Below, piece by piece: positions 1 to 13,338 of a stretch of 64,000 bases of DNA (within the stretch, counting starts at the first letter, position 1; every line of letters starts with the position of its first letter). The notes beneath the pieces were generated by a model. The model made no database searches. It saw nothing but the letters and a program-made list of their open reading frames with translations, and was not told the origin of the DNA. The DNA comes from Eledone cirrhosa (Eukaryota): assembly GCA_964016885.1 (NCBI GenBank), contig OZ024745.1:68386001-68450000 (forward strand). The letters run 5' to 3'. Made by a program: the position numbers and the translations under genes.

Positions 1-295
1 TTGTGGTGTTATAGGTGGCCTACGTTGTTGGTTGTATCGTGTGGTGTGGGTTTGTTGTGTATTGTGGAAGCGAGAGTTGAGAAAATGGAAATTACCTTGC
101 TGTCCCCTTGAAGCGGGGAAGTTGTTACATCTATCATGGTGGTGGTATCTTTTCCCTATGTTTGACGATGAGGCATCCGCGTAGTAGTTGAGTGATTTGG
201 TATGGTGTCTCCTTGAAGGGGGAAAGTTGTAAATGTCATCTGGGGGTGATGATTTCTAGGGTTTTTGTTCCTTCTTATGGAAGCGAGGTTGGGAA

Positions 296-397
296 CACAT
301 GCATTGCATTGGGCACATACATATTTGTACACAAGTATTTCCATACGGCAGGGCCTAATGGATTCCCCTTGCAGTACGTACAATCTGGACACTCACA
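296..397 (-). pseudogene. Degraded Penelope-like element Zn-finger / GIY-YIG endonuclease N-terminal remnant
   Basis: Minus strand reads CECPDCTYCKGNPLG then, after one frameshift, PCRMEILVYKYVCAQCNAC. This resembles the PLE C..C..C..C linker plus the (N)VVY...C..C...YIG start of the GIY-YIG domain. Confidence 0.55.
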
Positions 398-550
398 CAC
401 ACCTTGGTGTTATGACAATACTATACATCATTTCACCCCTTTTATTATTAATGTTTTTGATGTTCTTTTGGGAGAATCGTTTTTGCAAATTACTGAAAAT
501 ATCGAATAATGTACACTATTTTTACCAGTATCACAAAAATACTGGTCCAT

Positions 551-589
<39 letters not shown>

Positions 590-629
590 CACACACACAT
601 ATACACACGCGGACACTAACATACAAACA

Positions 630-688
<59 letters not shown>

Positions 689-949
689 CTCCGTATAAGA
701 CAAGAGCTGAAAAATATCTTTCAACATGTTAAAATATCCCCCACACACGTACAGACACATTCCTACTGACCGAATCCCTCTACCACGAACCACTCTGCTA
801 CACACACACACACATATATTTGTCTTAATAGATACCTGAACTGTTGACCTTTCAACATGACTGCAATTCACACACACATCCCTACTGACTATTATCACAA
901 CAATGAACCTCTTTACTACACACACACACAAGCGCACACACACATATTT

Positions 950-1430
950 GTTTTAAAAGACTTATTTTTCAGTGACTTCTCAATCAGGCGAAAAAGGACA
1001 CTCTTCGACAAACCTACATTTGGCGCAAAATCAATTTTTAACATTCACGTGACCTCTACCGACCAATCAAAATTGTTTTGACTACAAGAATTTTTGCAAC
1101 ACGAATTGGCGCGAAATTTATAGTACTCATTCACGTGACATTCAACAACCAACCAAATCTTAATACTTCTGGAGCCACTTTTTCACATAAAACAGGAAGA
1201 ATTTCCAAAACTGATCAGATTAGAGCAAACATCACGGGCGCTCTATCTCAAGATTATTTTTAAAAAGCATAAGAAATGCGCAACCGGTAAAAACTTAAAA
1301 CTAAAACTGAATACTAACCAATACGTATTACTAATTTATACTTATTCCTAATTAAACTATTTTTCACTGGGAAAAATTTGTCAGCATTTTCTTTTCCTTT
1401 TACTAACATATCACAACTCGTGTGTTACAC

Positions 1431-1433
<3 letters not shown>
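950..1433 (+). mobile_element. PLE pLTR-like element with degenerate hammerhead (1257-1293); same family as 13335-13630
   Basis: About 220 bp (1220-1433) align with the reverse complement of 13335-13530 plus tail 13600-13620. Contains TTT-TTAAAAA-GCAT aagaa ATGC-GCAA-CCGG-TA-AAAA and ends in (TA)n. Confidence 0.55.
1019..1155 (+). promoter_or_regulatory. Duplicated E2F / E-box / CCAAT cassette inside the pLTR-like element
   Basis: TTTGGCGC (1019), TCACGTGA (1045), CCAAT (1063), then TTGGCGCGAAA (1106) and TCACGTGA (1131): an ~87-bp internal duplication. Function is inferred from motifs only. Confidence 0.35.
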
Positions 1434-1489
<56 letters not shown>

Positions 1490-2191
1490 TAGCTTTTTTG
1501 CAATAAAACGCCGTGATGTTTTGTATATTTTATAGTCCATAGTCATCTGACTTGCGTTTTTGTATTCATTGATAGTCTAGAAACAGTGCGCACTCTTGAT
1601 AATATGTTTTAGTAAATACAATATATCTGCCAGCCTCTCCTTGGTGTTTAACAATAGATCGCTGACTTACCTATATATTACTTGCCAAATTTATTATCAA
1701 CCTAGCGTATTCAATAGAATCCATCAAATACATGATGTTTTACTCAGAGATACAGATGTACATAGAAAGAGATACATAGTGATTTACAGAGATACACAAT
1801 GATACACACAGACACACACATAAACGATCTTTTAGGCAGAAATATAAGAAATAACACCATGTGTTCATCCTGATCAAAGCAGCAATCATTAAATCAAACT
1901 AGCATGATCTATGATTGCAAAGCTTTTGACATTTAAAACTGGTATCAAATGGCAATAATATAGACACATCAAAAACAAGCAAACTATACGTCACGCAACT
2001 GCATGAGAATCACGAAACAGTTCCTTTCAGATTGGAGAATGTAAGTTATTAAATGATATTGTCTCTAGAAACACAACCGATCATAATAAGCGGTATTGAG
2101 TCAGGTAATTAATAAACAAATATCACTCTTCTCTGGGTTTTACTATGTTCAGTCGCTATTTTCGTGTTGTGTTTACTAAGGTTCGCTGTTT

Positions 2192-2260
<69 letters not shown>

Positions 2261-4331
2261 ATGCGTGTTTTGTGTGTGTTTCATATTGAGTGCCTCTTAT
2301 AAAGGAATAGCTGTTTATATTTCAGAATACAAGATCAAAAATACTGAAACCATTCAGGAATTTGTATGACAATCCAAATAGTGACAAATAGCCGAAACAA
2401 TAACATTTACTATCAACGTTATGGTATCTTTGTTACTTCGTGGTCCCAGCGGACAAAATGGGGTATTTATTAGCCCAGAAGATGATAGAGGAGAGATACT
2501 GGATTAGTCAGTCTAAGTCTTTCTTGCAAATGGCCGTCTTCATCGCGGTCAAAAAGAGTAGGGAAGAGATTTGAGGACCCAGAACACCAGATATGTCTAC
2601 GTTATGAGTTCAATGAGAAACCTATCAGAGAGGGACCAGTACATTGGCAGAAGGCAATCTTCAGTCTAACAAGCAATATAGCCTGGGTCTGGCACAGATT
2701 TCATCAGGGTGCCACTAGAATCAAATCAACGCTAGTCGCTTCCCTGATAAGGTGCTTACCACACCAGTACTTGACGATTGTGACGCTGTACGGTCTTTTG
2801 CCATGCACCTGGTCTAATTCCGTCGATTATAGTTACGTCCAGGTCACGTTTAACGATATCATCGAGAATGGTATGTGATGAAATATATAAAAAAAATTGT
2901 TTTCTGTTTATTTCAGCATTTTCCAAATATCACATAGAGTGGCGGAGCTGTAGTATCAATAAAGCATCGGATTAGATGCTTTGTGGTTTCGTAGATTTCT
3001 TAGATGTCAGACAAAATCCATTGCTGGGTTTAGCAAAAATATCTAGAACAAGAGTACCTTTAGCGGTGTCCCATCTGTTACAAACACCTATGTCAGATCT
3101 TCGGTTTGAGAATAACTTTTTCTCTCCTTCCCTCTGGTGAATCTCAGAGTCCCTGAAAAAGGTCGTGGACGCAGCATTTCCTTCTCAAAGAATGCGCTAA
3201 ATACATTACTTATCAAGCGTTTAAACCTATCAAGATGAGTTGTCTTTCATTCAACTTTACATATCACGTTCACATTAGTTGGAAAGCATTTTCCAAAACG
3301 ATACACTTTCAAGCTATTCGGGGAATCTCCACGCCGTCATTTGTGTAGCAGGAAATAGCCGCCAGATCTTCCCCGAAGCACATTCAACCATCATTAAAAA
3401 AGGGCACATTGGATAATTTAGTCCAGGGGTATATTATCCTTTAAGAAGAGAAAGATTTGGTCATGGACTGAAAGCCTTTGGTTTTAGGTTCTGTTAGGTT
3501 AGCTGACATGGGGCTAAACATCAACGTATTTCAGTAGCCGTTACTTCATCAGTAGATGCTTACTTACTGGTCAAACCTAGAGATAGACAAGTGCCACCAG
3601 ATTTGAAATGCTAAGTTAAGGTTGTCTTGACGGAGTCTCTACGAATCTATTGGGAGTTAACTGAATGATCAGAAAATCAGATAGAAGATGGAAGAAAAAC
3701 CATCGATTTAAAGAAATTCGGAATATCGAGCTACCAATGTTAAAATCCAAACTGGCATTAACACTCTATGATAAATCAAACAACTTTATGTGTGTTTATA
3801 GGACTGTAAATTATATTGAAGAGATTATAGAATCCAGATCTTGTAATAAAAAGCAGAAACTGGTTAGTGGCAGATTTATTTAGATTTTTAACATGATATA
3901 ATAACTGTAATCACACTCAAAGTGGCTATTACGATGATTGTCTTTAGTCCAATGAGAGGTGCTCCGATTTTGGACACCAATTAACTAACCATCCATGCCT
4001 ATAAAATTGAAATTAGTCATATATTAATCAGTCCTTTATGGTTAGAAATTAAAGGTTTTATATCAGAGAATGCTATAAACGACTTGATTTAAACGGATGT
4101 AATACTGTAGTTACTTGTATTACATTATCGACTACCGAGTGATGAATTACAGTTTAATTATAATGAATATATGAGATTTATATAAATCTTCTCGCGAGCT
4201 ATTTCTTTATATCTAATTAAATTAAATAGTTAAAGTCAAAGTGTAATTAGAAATCTATAAGAAACAGTGACAGCCTAGTGATTTTATAACTAACGCTGAT
4301 TCTCATTACACTGTCTTTAATATTCCTGGTA

Positions 4332-4546
4332 TATTGGCAGATTCGGTAGAGCGTCAGACAACATGCTTTATGGCATAGGGTTACGCCGCTTTACGGCCTG
4401 AGTTCAAATCTTGCCGAGGTTAACTTTGCCTTTCATCCTTACGGGTTCGATAGAATAAGGTATCAGTAATCCACTGGCGTCGATTTAATCGACTTCCCCC
4501 ACCACCCCAAAAAATTGTTGCCTTCTACCTAAATCAGAAACCAATA
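4332..4546 (+). mobile_element. tRNA-derived SINE, family 1 (octopus-type)
   Basis: A-box-like TGGCAGATTCGG, B-box GAGTTCAAATC and body 'gccgaggttaactttgcctttcatccttacggg' shared with the copies at 10097, 29377, 42905 and 61166. Confidence 0.8.
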
Positions 4547-6057
4547 GTCCTGGTATATATAGGTATATAATAACCTAAAATAAATACACTTCGATTAGAG
4601 TTCCTGTGGTTCGGTTAATGGATTGGTCAACTCGTGAAATTACCGTGTAAGTGACTGAATATTTTAACATAACTTTTAGTGAGATTCGGTATAATACTCT
4701 AAAGATCAAACAGTTTCCGTTACAAGGCTTAGTTCGACCCAAGTCTATGGTAAGATATATTTTTCCAAGATGTCACGCGGTAGACCCGACCTGGAACCAC
4801 ATAATTATGAGGCAAACGTCATAACAATTTAACCCTACTGTGGTCATTAAAAAGAGTTTGTGTTTTTTAACCCACTTGAAACCGTTCGCTTTTATAATAC
4901 AGAACTGTTTATTTTAAAGTATTTATATTGATCTAAAAACCTTCCATAATATTATTATGTAAGGACTATTGTTACATTATGTTCTAAACATAAATTTATT
5001 ATTAATAAAGTTAATTATTATACTAAATCACTCGAAATCTCAGATTATTTTCAGAGTCATTTGAAAATCCAAGACAGTCTATTTCAGCAGGAATATGGTT
5101 AGGAAATGGTTAAAGTGTTTGTATTTATTTAAAACCTTCCGTCATAATTTTATTTAAGAAATTTTGTTAAGTTATGTTCTAAGCAAGAGTTTAAAAAATT
5201 AAACACTAAGTTACTTTACTGAATCGCTCCTAAAGCTTGATTTTCTTCAAAATACTTGGCGCGAGAATCAAACCCACAACCTTCCAATTGCGAGCCCAAT
5301 CCTCTAACCACTAAGCCATGCGCTTTCACTTTTGTATCAAAAAGAATATGGAATTAGTAATAGTGAATGTATTTTCTACCTCTACTTCATTCTTATTAAA
5401 TTCCATTCGGTAATATAATTTATTTCAAATCATTTAAATGTTCACATCATTCTAGCGGAAACAATGTTTTACTTTTTGCTTTCTTTGACCTTTGATTTTC
5501 TAAATATACTTAGTGGCACTGAATAAAAAGAAAACATATTTTAATACATCATACACAACATATGTAAATTTGTAGCTACGGAGATACACATATTAAGATA
5601 TCAGTCATTACACAATGGTATATGTCTATGAATAATGTGATTCATTCAGTGCATTTGCTCCCATATTAACATAAATTGCACAATTCATAGCACAAATGAA
5701 ACAACGGTGAAACTAAAAGAGAGCTAGAGGTAATGATTCCCAGTTGTTAGTAATTCAAAATCCATAGGTTTCTAAATCACAAGGAATCTATCTTCCCACC
5801 ATTTTCGTTCCAATGATTATGGAATCATTGGAGCGAAAATGGCACTCTATGACCATCAAGAATACACACACACAAACGCACACGCACACACATATATATA
5901 TACACACATATACATACATATATAGTGCAAATTTTTACGGGAACAAAACAGAGAGGCAGACAAATAAAGATTTAAAAGGTTCACGCTTTTGAGAGTATAT
6001 ATATATGCTTATACATATATACCCATACATACATATACATATATATATACATATATA

Positions 6058-6104
<47 letters not shown>

Positions 6105-6107
<3 letters not shown>

Positions 6108-6808
6108 AATGGAATAGAATGAAACGAAATTTCATTTCTCACTCTTAGTACGGCACTTACTTAAATGTAAGTATGTATGTATACGTACATACATATATGT
6201 ATACAGACGTACAGTAGTATGTATATATATACATACATGCACACATATATATACGCACGTATCGGTTTACCGAACATTTATTATAATGCTCGGTCTGTTT
6301 GTAAACAAACAAACAGCCCGAATTACGCCGTACAGTGTTTAGGCAACCACGTCATCTTTTTGTTCAATACGTATACATACATACATACTTACATTTAAGT
6401 AAGTGCCGTAATAAGAGTGAGAAATGAAATTTCGTTTCATTCTATTCCATTTATCGTTTTCGGTGCGCCCAGCCGACTGAACTCACTCGATATGCAAATT
6501 AGGCTGCTCAGCCGTTAATATGCATAAGGAAAGTATATACTTTCAGACGTTCAACCATCTGGCAGGAAGGTATACGATGCTGACGATAGCTAATAAGCTT
6601 GAAACTAGTACATCGTTCCTGTGTCAGTGTTGAACAAAAAGGTGACGTGCTTGCCTAAACACTGTACGGCGTAATTCGGGCTGTTTGTTTACAAACAAAC
6701 CGAGCATTATAATAAATGTTCGGTAAACCGATATGTGTGCATGTATGTATATATATACATACTACTGTACGTCTGTATACATATATGTATGTACGTATAC
6801 ATACATAC
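6105..6808. mobile_element. Fold-back hammerhead element (~440-nt monomer plus inverted, circularly permuted partial copy)
   Basis: 6105-6370 is the reverse complement of 6630-6808 followed directly by 6370-6453. Left end abuts (TA)n. Confidence 0.75.
6574..6616 (+). ncRNA. Minimal type I hammerhead ribozyme
   Basis: ACGATG-CTGACGA-tAGC taataa GCTt-GAAA-CTAG-TA-CATCGT: 6-bp stem I, intact core, palindromic stem III, GUA cleavage triplet. Confidence 0.85.
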
Positions 6809-6912
6809 AGACTTAATTATTTTATATGTATATATATATATATATATATACATATAAAATAATTAAGTCAAATATGTAAAATTTGGCTTCGTTTATTATA
6901 AATTATAGTTAT

Positions 6913-6967
6913 ACTTCTATATATATTTCGGTGACAGCCACCATTGGCTGTGACCTCTTCAGGCAGT
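6913..6967 (-). ncRNA. Minimal type I hammerhead ribozyme
   Basis: Minus strand: ACTGC-CTGAAGA-GGTcACAGCCA atgg TGGCTGTcACC-GAAA-TATATA-TA-GAAGT. Long stem II, palindromic stem III, one stem I mismatch. Confidence 0.75.
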
Positions 6968-7451
6968 CCGAATTGGTGTGGGAAAGACAGGTAGGTACAC
7001 ATGTCGTTGAAGTGGGTTTTACTCCGTCAATACATCGATATGTCCAACTCCTGGTTGTGTTGTTATTTCTCCGGAGAACTGGAATCATATGAGATAGAAC
7101 AAACGAATTTCGGCGTCATAGGACACCCTCGCATTTTGGGTCAAAAGTATATAAACGCATACATATATACAGATACATGTATATATACATATATACATAT
7201 ATACATTTACTTATTTATGTGTTTGTGTGTGTTTGTGTGTATATATATATATTGTTATACTTGGGGAGGGTCATATTTGTGTAATATTGCCAGAATTAAT
7301 AACAGAACACACTCACTTTTTGGTTGGTTTTCGCTTTTTCGCTTCTGTGTCTTTTATATCGGTTAATTTAATTTATTCGGTCCACAATGTTGCCATTGAC
7401 TGACCAACGGTCAAAAATACAGATACAATATAGACACAAACACATATAGTC

Positions 7452-7495
7452 TATCAAAGTTCTTTCGTTGCACATCTGCAACATCGTCAGTGGTG
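7452..7495 (-). ncRNA. Degenerate hammerhead ribozyme
   Basis: Minus strand: CACCA-CTGACGA-t-GTTGCA gatg TGCAAC-GAAA-GAAC-TT-TGATA. Core and stem II are good; stem I has two A-C mismatches. Confidence 0.5.
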
Positions 7496-7542
7496 CTATT
7501 GTTTCCTCCCACTGAATTGTATGTCTACGCCATCTTTATTTA

Positions 7543-7584
<42 letters not shown>

Positions 7585-8397
7585 ATATATTTGACTACAG
7601 TCATCTGAAATCTTTCTATCGATGACTTGGCGACATTTCAAACTCACATTCACAGATTGCTCTCTCAGTCGTTTCCACAAATACTTATATAAACTATCAC
7701 AGACAACAGAGAGGCAAATGAAATTCGTTTAATTTCTCTCTTCTTGATGGCAGTATAGATGTCTGTACACACACGTACACACACGTACAGACACAGACAT
7801 AGACACAGACACACACTAACACACACACAAATACTAACACACACACGCACACACAAGCACAAATACATACACACAAACACACATGCACACACTAACACAC
7901 ACATACAAACATACATTCACACACACACACATACACACACTAACACAGACACACACACAGAAACACACATACCTACACACACACACACAAACACAAACAC
8001 ACACAAACACACATACACACACACATACACGCACATGCACTGCCGTTGTGCTCCATTGCTATTTTCCTTCATGTTTCTGTTTTTCATTTTCTTGATATGT
8101 CTTTTATGTTAAAATAAAATAAATATCAAATGATTTTTAGAAATTAGAACCAGAAAGAAACAGAGGAACATGAGATTATGAGAAAATAAAAGTTATCCAC
8201 ACAAATAGTCGAAATAGGAAATCGTGCGTATCACTAAGAGTGATTAAAGTAAATTTATTTGTGTGATGTTGTCAACCCCAAAGCTGCACTGATATCTTTA
8301 AAGACACATCAGTCTCTTTCGTTATGTATGTATGTATGTATGTATGTATGTATGTATGTATGTATGTATGTATGTATGTATGTATGTATGTATGTAT

Positions 8398-8851
8398 GTC
8401 AGGTCACCAGTTGGTGCTACTGGTAACATGTATCCCAGTACAACCTGTCTCATGGTCGGGTCGTTGGCGACTAAACTGGCAACCCCACCAAGGTTTCTGA
8501 TATAACACCTGCAACTCTGATGGTGTCCAATGATGTTGACTTGTTCTTCTTTTTGGTAAATATCATCTTCGTTAAGAGAGTGGGACTGGCTTTGTGCAGT
8601 GCCTTTGCTCACTATAAAAGCTTCACGGCACAGGCATTGCTTTATATCTGGAGATCTCTCTGCACTTGTCGTCACATGGTACCATGGGCCCAGCACTATG
8701 TGTCAATAATTGTCACAAGTGTAGTGTTTGTACCAGAGTTTTCAAGTCGCTGGCTGGACTAAAAAGTCACACTCGTTCAGCGCATCGGTAGGGGTTCTCC
8801 TACATGGATATAAAGTAGTGGCCGTACTCGAAAATGAGTTGGCAGCCACCA
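8398..8851 (+). mobile_element. Non-autonomous RTE-LINE derivative (5' segment joined to 3' end with C2H2 finger) within (TATG)n
   Basis: 8711-8791 encodes CHKCSVCTRVFKSLAGLKSHTRSAHR*, typical of RTE ORF C-termini. Near-identical copy at 61692-62062, 3' fragment at 9769-9846, diverged relative near 36690-36967. Confidence 0.7.
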
Positions 8852-8946
8852 TGTATGTATGTATGTATGTATGTATGTATGTATGTATGTATGTATGTAT
8901 GTATGTATGTATGTATCTATCTCTCTCTCTCATTCTCTCTCTCTCA

Positions 8947-8974
<28 letters not shown>

Positions 8975-8978
<4 letters not shown>

Positions 8979-9233
8979 GAAAAAGTATGACCCCGACGGC
9001 AGAGCTCAAGGCCGTCGAAACGGCTTGAACTCTGCCTTCGGGGTCATACTTTTTCCTATTTCCCACTCTACCACCCTAAGTATTGAGTACTCTGTACTTA
9101 GGGTAGTAGAGTGGGTAATAGGTAAATGTTTAATCCCGACGGTAGAGCTCAAGCCGTTTCGACGGCTATTTCTGGACAGTCCAGAAATAGCCGTCGAAAC
9201 GGCTTGAGCTCTACCGTCGGGGTTAAACATTTA

Positions 9234-9236
<3 letters not shown>
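8975..9236. repeat. Triple-hairpin element made from the 3' half of a hammerhead, flanked by (TA)n
   Basis: Three adjacent inverted repeats (8975-9059, ~9060-9120, 9122-9234). Arms carry GCCGTC-GAAA-CGGC ttgagctct (G/A)CCG-TC-GGGG and the GTATTGAGTACTC tail motif (9080). Confidence 0.75.
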
Positions 9237-9324
<88 letters not shown>

Positions 9325-9367
9325 TCAGGTCTCTACGAAGGTCCGACTTCCACACCGATCTCAAGCT

Positions 9368-9523
9368 GGACACACTAGAAGAGGAAGACCAGGGTTAACG
9401 TATGTTGATGCCCTAACGACAGACACTGGTCTGTTGGAGACGCAGGACATGGCAGCGATAATGAGGGACAGAGACCGCTGGAGAGAACTCGTCCATGGAT
9501 CTCGGGAATTTTACCCGCCTTAG
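9368..9523 (+). pseudogene. RTE-clade LINE reverse transcriptase ORF C-terminal remnant
   Basis: Open frame GHTRRGRPGLTYVDALTTDTGLLETQDMAAIMRDRDRWRELVHGSREFYPP* matches the RTE RGRP...DTGL...DR..WR signature, followed by a (TAGA)n tail. Confidence 0.8.
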
Positions 9524-9875
9524 ATAGATAGATAGATAGAGAGAGAGAGATAGAGAGAGAGAAATGTGTAAAACCCGACCGCGGCATCAAGCGGTTTCAG
9601 ATTGTGTGTTTAGCCACCCTTATTAAGGGCGTAGACGGGATTTTACATATCTCTATACCCACTCTACATCTCCCCATGTATCGAGTACTCACACGATTAG
9701 TGGTCTCATTGGTCTCTGCACCGCAGACTCTCTCTCTCTCTCACCCCCTCTCTCTCTCTCTACATATGCGTTCAGCGCATCGGTAGGCGTTCTCCTACAT
9801 GGATATAAGGTAGTGGCCGTACTCGAAAACGAGTTGGCAGCCACCATATATATATATATATATATATATACATAC

Positions 9876-9940
<65 letters not shown>

Positions 9941-10096
9941 ACATAACCTCTGTCGATATCTATAATATGCAATACCGAGGGACAATATAACCAATGAAAG
10001 TAACCAAGTAATTGTTACTGGGACTTGTTTTATGGAGACAGAAATGACAAGTAAAGTCAGCCACTGCAGAGATAGAAAGTTAAGTAACAAAACTAA

Positions 10097-10288
10097 ATAA
10101 TTGTTTCTACTTTAGGCACAAGGCCAGCAAATTACCCAGTGCATTACTGGTACTTTATTTTTATCGACCCCGTAAGGATGAAAGGCAAAGTCAACTTCGG
10201 CGGGATTTGAACTCAGATCGTAAAGGGACGTAACTATGCTGGAAAGCATGGCGTCCGACCCTCTACCGATACTGCCAATCCACCGCCC
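10097..10288 (-). mobile_element. tRNA-derived SINE, family 1
   Basis: Reverse complement closely matches 61166-61354 (GGCGGTGGATTGGCAGTATCGGTAGAGGGTCGGACGCC...GAGTTCAAATCCC). Confidence 0.85.
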
Positions 10289-11276
10289 TTAGTAGTAAAA
10301 ATCGTGTAACAAAACTAAATAATACAAGGATATTATCACTCCTACTTTCTCCTATTATCATTCCTACTTAGAATATACCTCATCCTAGAATAAATGCCTG
10401 ATATGGCAATATATAAACCCTTAAATCCTGACAAAGGTGTTAAAGCGCCGTCGTAGTATGCAGCATGAATTCGGCTTTTAAACTTGGAGGAGCACACCTT
10501 TATATCTTCAAATATGTGTGTGTGTGAGATAAGGAAAGGAAAAATTGACCGCAGCGAGATTTGAACTCAGAGCGTAGCGAGACAGAACAAGTAATGCGAA
10601 AATTTACTATCATACATTCTAACACTCCTGCTAATTCGCTGCCAGTTTCCTGAAGAGAGCCTTACGTTAAAATGAGTTTTAATTCATGACATAAAAATAT
10701 AACTAAAAATAAAAATGAAGAACCTAATCTCATTGGGTTTTCTTCTCGACATGTTGGTCGCGTGATATGTCGTTTGGTTTATTCATATGAAGACGTGAAA
10801 ATATTGGCTTCTCACAGTATGACCCTATCTCTTTCTTCATCTACGTTCCTTACTCTCTTCCTGAATCCGCCACTTTCTCTTTTCTACAACTCTCTCACAA
10901 ACAAGACACTTATGCATATATATTCAATTAAGCAAAATATGCAAAACATATATAAATATATATATCAACTAGAAATTGATTGACATATATATATATCTAA
11001 AATAAACATATGAAACAATCACAGGGAATAATTTGTAAAAGTGTGTAAATATATATATATTCATTTAGGTTTGTTGGTTCACCACTGGATAGAACTGGTT
11101 ATTTCGTATAGTCAACCGTGATGTAATATTAGGAAGTGATATATATATATCTCAGTGTGTTTGGCCTTTAACGTATGTTGTAGCTCTAATTCATATGAAT
11201 TATCGAGCGCTTGCCACACAACTCGGAGGTGTTTTTCGTTAATTCCTGAGCTGAAATTCGATTCTCGCCAATTTTA

Positions 11277-11317
<41 letters not shown>

Positions 11318-11319
<2 letters not shown>

Positions 11320-11719
11320 CGTTTCTGAATTTGTTTAGCAAGATTCTTTATCTGAAATCGTGTGTTGAAACCGATATTGTTATACTTTGGGAGGGTCATG
11401 TTGCCAATAAGAAACACACGCACCAGTTGCTTTCACTTCAATTTATTATATATTTATAAATTTATAAATTTACAAATCTACAAACTTATAAATTTCTGGT
11501 TGGTTGGTTGGTTCCACAACCAGATCGTTGTTTATATATAGTCATAGTCCTGACTATGACTATATATAAACAATGATCTGGTTGTGGAACCAACCAACCA
11601 ACCAGAAATTTATAAGTTTGTAGATTTGTAAATTTATAAATTTATAAATATATAATAAATTGAAGTGAAAGCATCTGGTGCGTGTGTTTCTTATTGGCAA
11701 CATGACCCTCCCAAAGTAT

Positions 11720-11727
<8 letters not shown>
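11318..11727. repeat. Near-perfect palindrome (~175-bp arms) between (TA)n tracts
   Basis: 11374-11548 is the reverse complement of 11551-11727 with very few mismatches. The motif 'tattgttatactt(t/g)gggagggtcat' also occurs at ~7250. Confidence 0.85.
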
Positions 11728-11768
<41 letters not shown>

Positions 11769-12433
11769 AAAATACACACTCACACATATATACATTTATA
11801 TATACATATACGTAGTCACTCTTAGGTCATGGTTTTGCACCAAGAAAGTTCCCACCGCAGGCACAAGGTGTGTTTGTGTAAGATCAGTATACACCCATGT
11901 ATGCCAGTCTCCGCTCTCCAAAAGAAAGGCAATGCTTGGCACCAGTGACGTCTCAACATATTTGCTTATATTTATACTTTAGAAGAGATGGTCACCATTT
12001 TAGAAGGCTGCGTTGTTTTACAATTTAGAGGGGAGTTCGTTTCCCTAGCTTGGCTGCTAGACCATCTTTTCTATTTATTGTTAGGTGTAGGTAAACAATT
12101 AAGCAAAAAGAACATGCCTCGAGATTATATGTACATGAGCATTTTAATCAGAGCAATAAACAAAACAGGTTATCATATCAGTTGCTCCTTGATTGGTAAT
12201 TCGTAATTATCATTAAATGGCGGTGTTCAAATATCCCGTGACCGCATGGTGCAACATCGCTGTTTCGCCACAGTGAGACGCGTCTGGTCGCCTCAAGAGA
12301 CAACAAGTCGAAGAGTGTGTATTCAGCAACTGACGTCAGAACGTGACGTCAGAACTAAGGGCAGTTAATCGATTGCCTCCAAAGTCAAAGCTAGGTGGCG
12401 TGATCTTCTACAATACCATTAACATTTCCATGA

Positions 12434-12535
12434 AATAAAGTGTTGTTCAAGAACACATCGCACCACCCGGTCCGGGATTCGAACTTACAACCTTACGATT
12501 GTGAGCTCAACACTCTAGCCACTAAGCCACGCGCC
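12434..12535 (-). mobile_element. tRNA-derived SINE head, family 2
   Basis: Minus strand GGCGCGTGGCTTAGTGGCTAGAGTG...GTTCGAATCCCGGACCGGG (A and B boxes). Related copies near 5258, 31175, 37666, 39345, 41215, 43525 and 63860. Confidence 0.7.
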
Positions 12536-12572
12536 AATCACATATACATATATACATATATAAATACACACG

Positions 12573-12673
<101 letters not shown>

Positions 12674-12709
12674 TATCTACATATATTTACATATATACAT
12701 ACATACATA

Positions 12710-12761
<52 letters not shown>

Positions 12762-12885
12762 TATATAAATATATATGTGTGTCTCTGTGTGTATCTACTG
12801 ATATATACATATGTATACCCACACGTATGTATACATATTTATATACATACATATATATACTCATACACGCTCACACACATACCCC

Positions 12886-12929
<44 letters not shown>

Positions 12930-13243
12930 AATATATATACATATATATATATATGCTCTTGATTGGGATGTCAACTCTAACTCTAATATAATCAAATATG
13001 AATTATCTTATCAAATATCATTATAGCCTTTCCTGAGTATTTTCTTAAAATATTGACATTTGTATGAGATTGTAAAAATATGTTCCAAATTATATCCATT
13101 AACAATCTAATCATGTCTAATTCGTTTTATAATTAATATATTTCAGATCATAGAAAACTATACAGGATATTGATTTCATCATTACTTGGATAGTATAATC
13201 TACATGTGTATACATGGATATATTTATATATACATACATATAC

Positions 13244-13334
<91 letters not shown>

Positions 13335-13338
<4 letters not shown>

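Noticed and set aside
2440-2870. Old dispersed repeat, apparently related to 54670-55090
   Set aside because: Only short shared words (CTATCAGAGA..G.CCAGTAC); class could not be assigned by eye.
12255-12305. Possible minus-strand hammerhead; similar partial motifs at ~2000-2035, 9562-9630 and 35500-35520
   Set aside because: Only the GAAA/stem III half is recognisable and the CUGANGA core is broken, so they are not counted as ribozymes.
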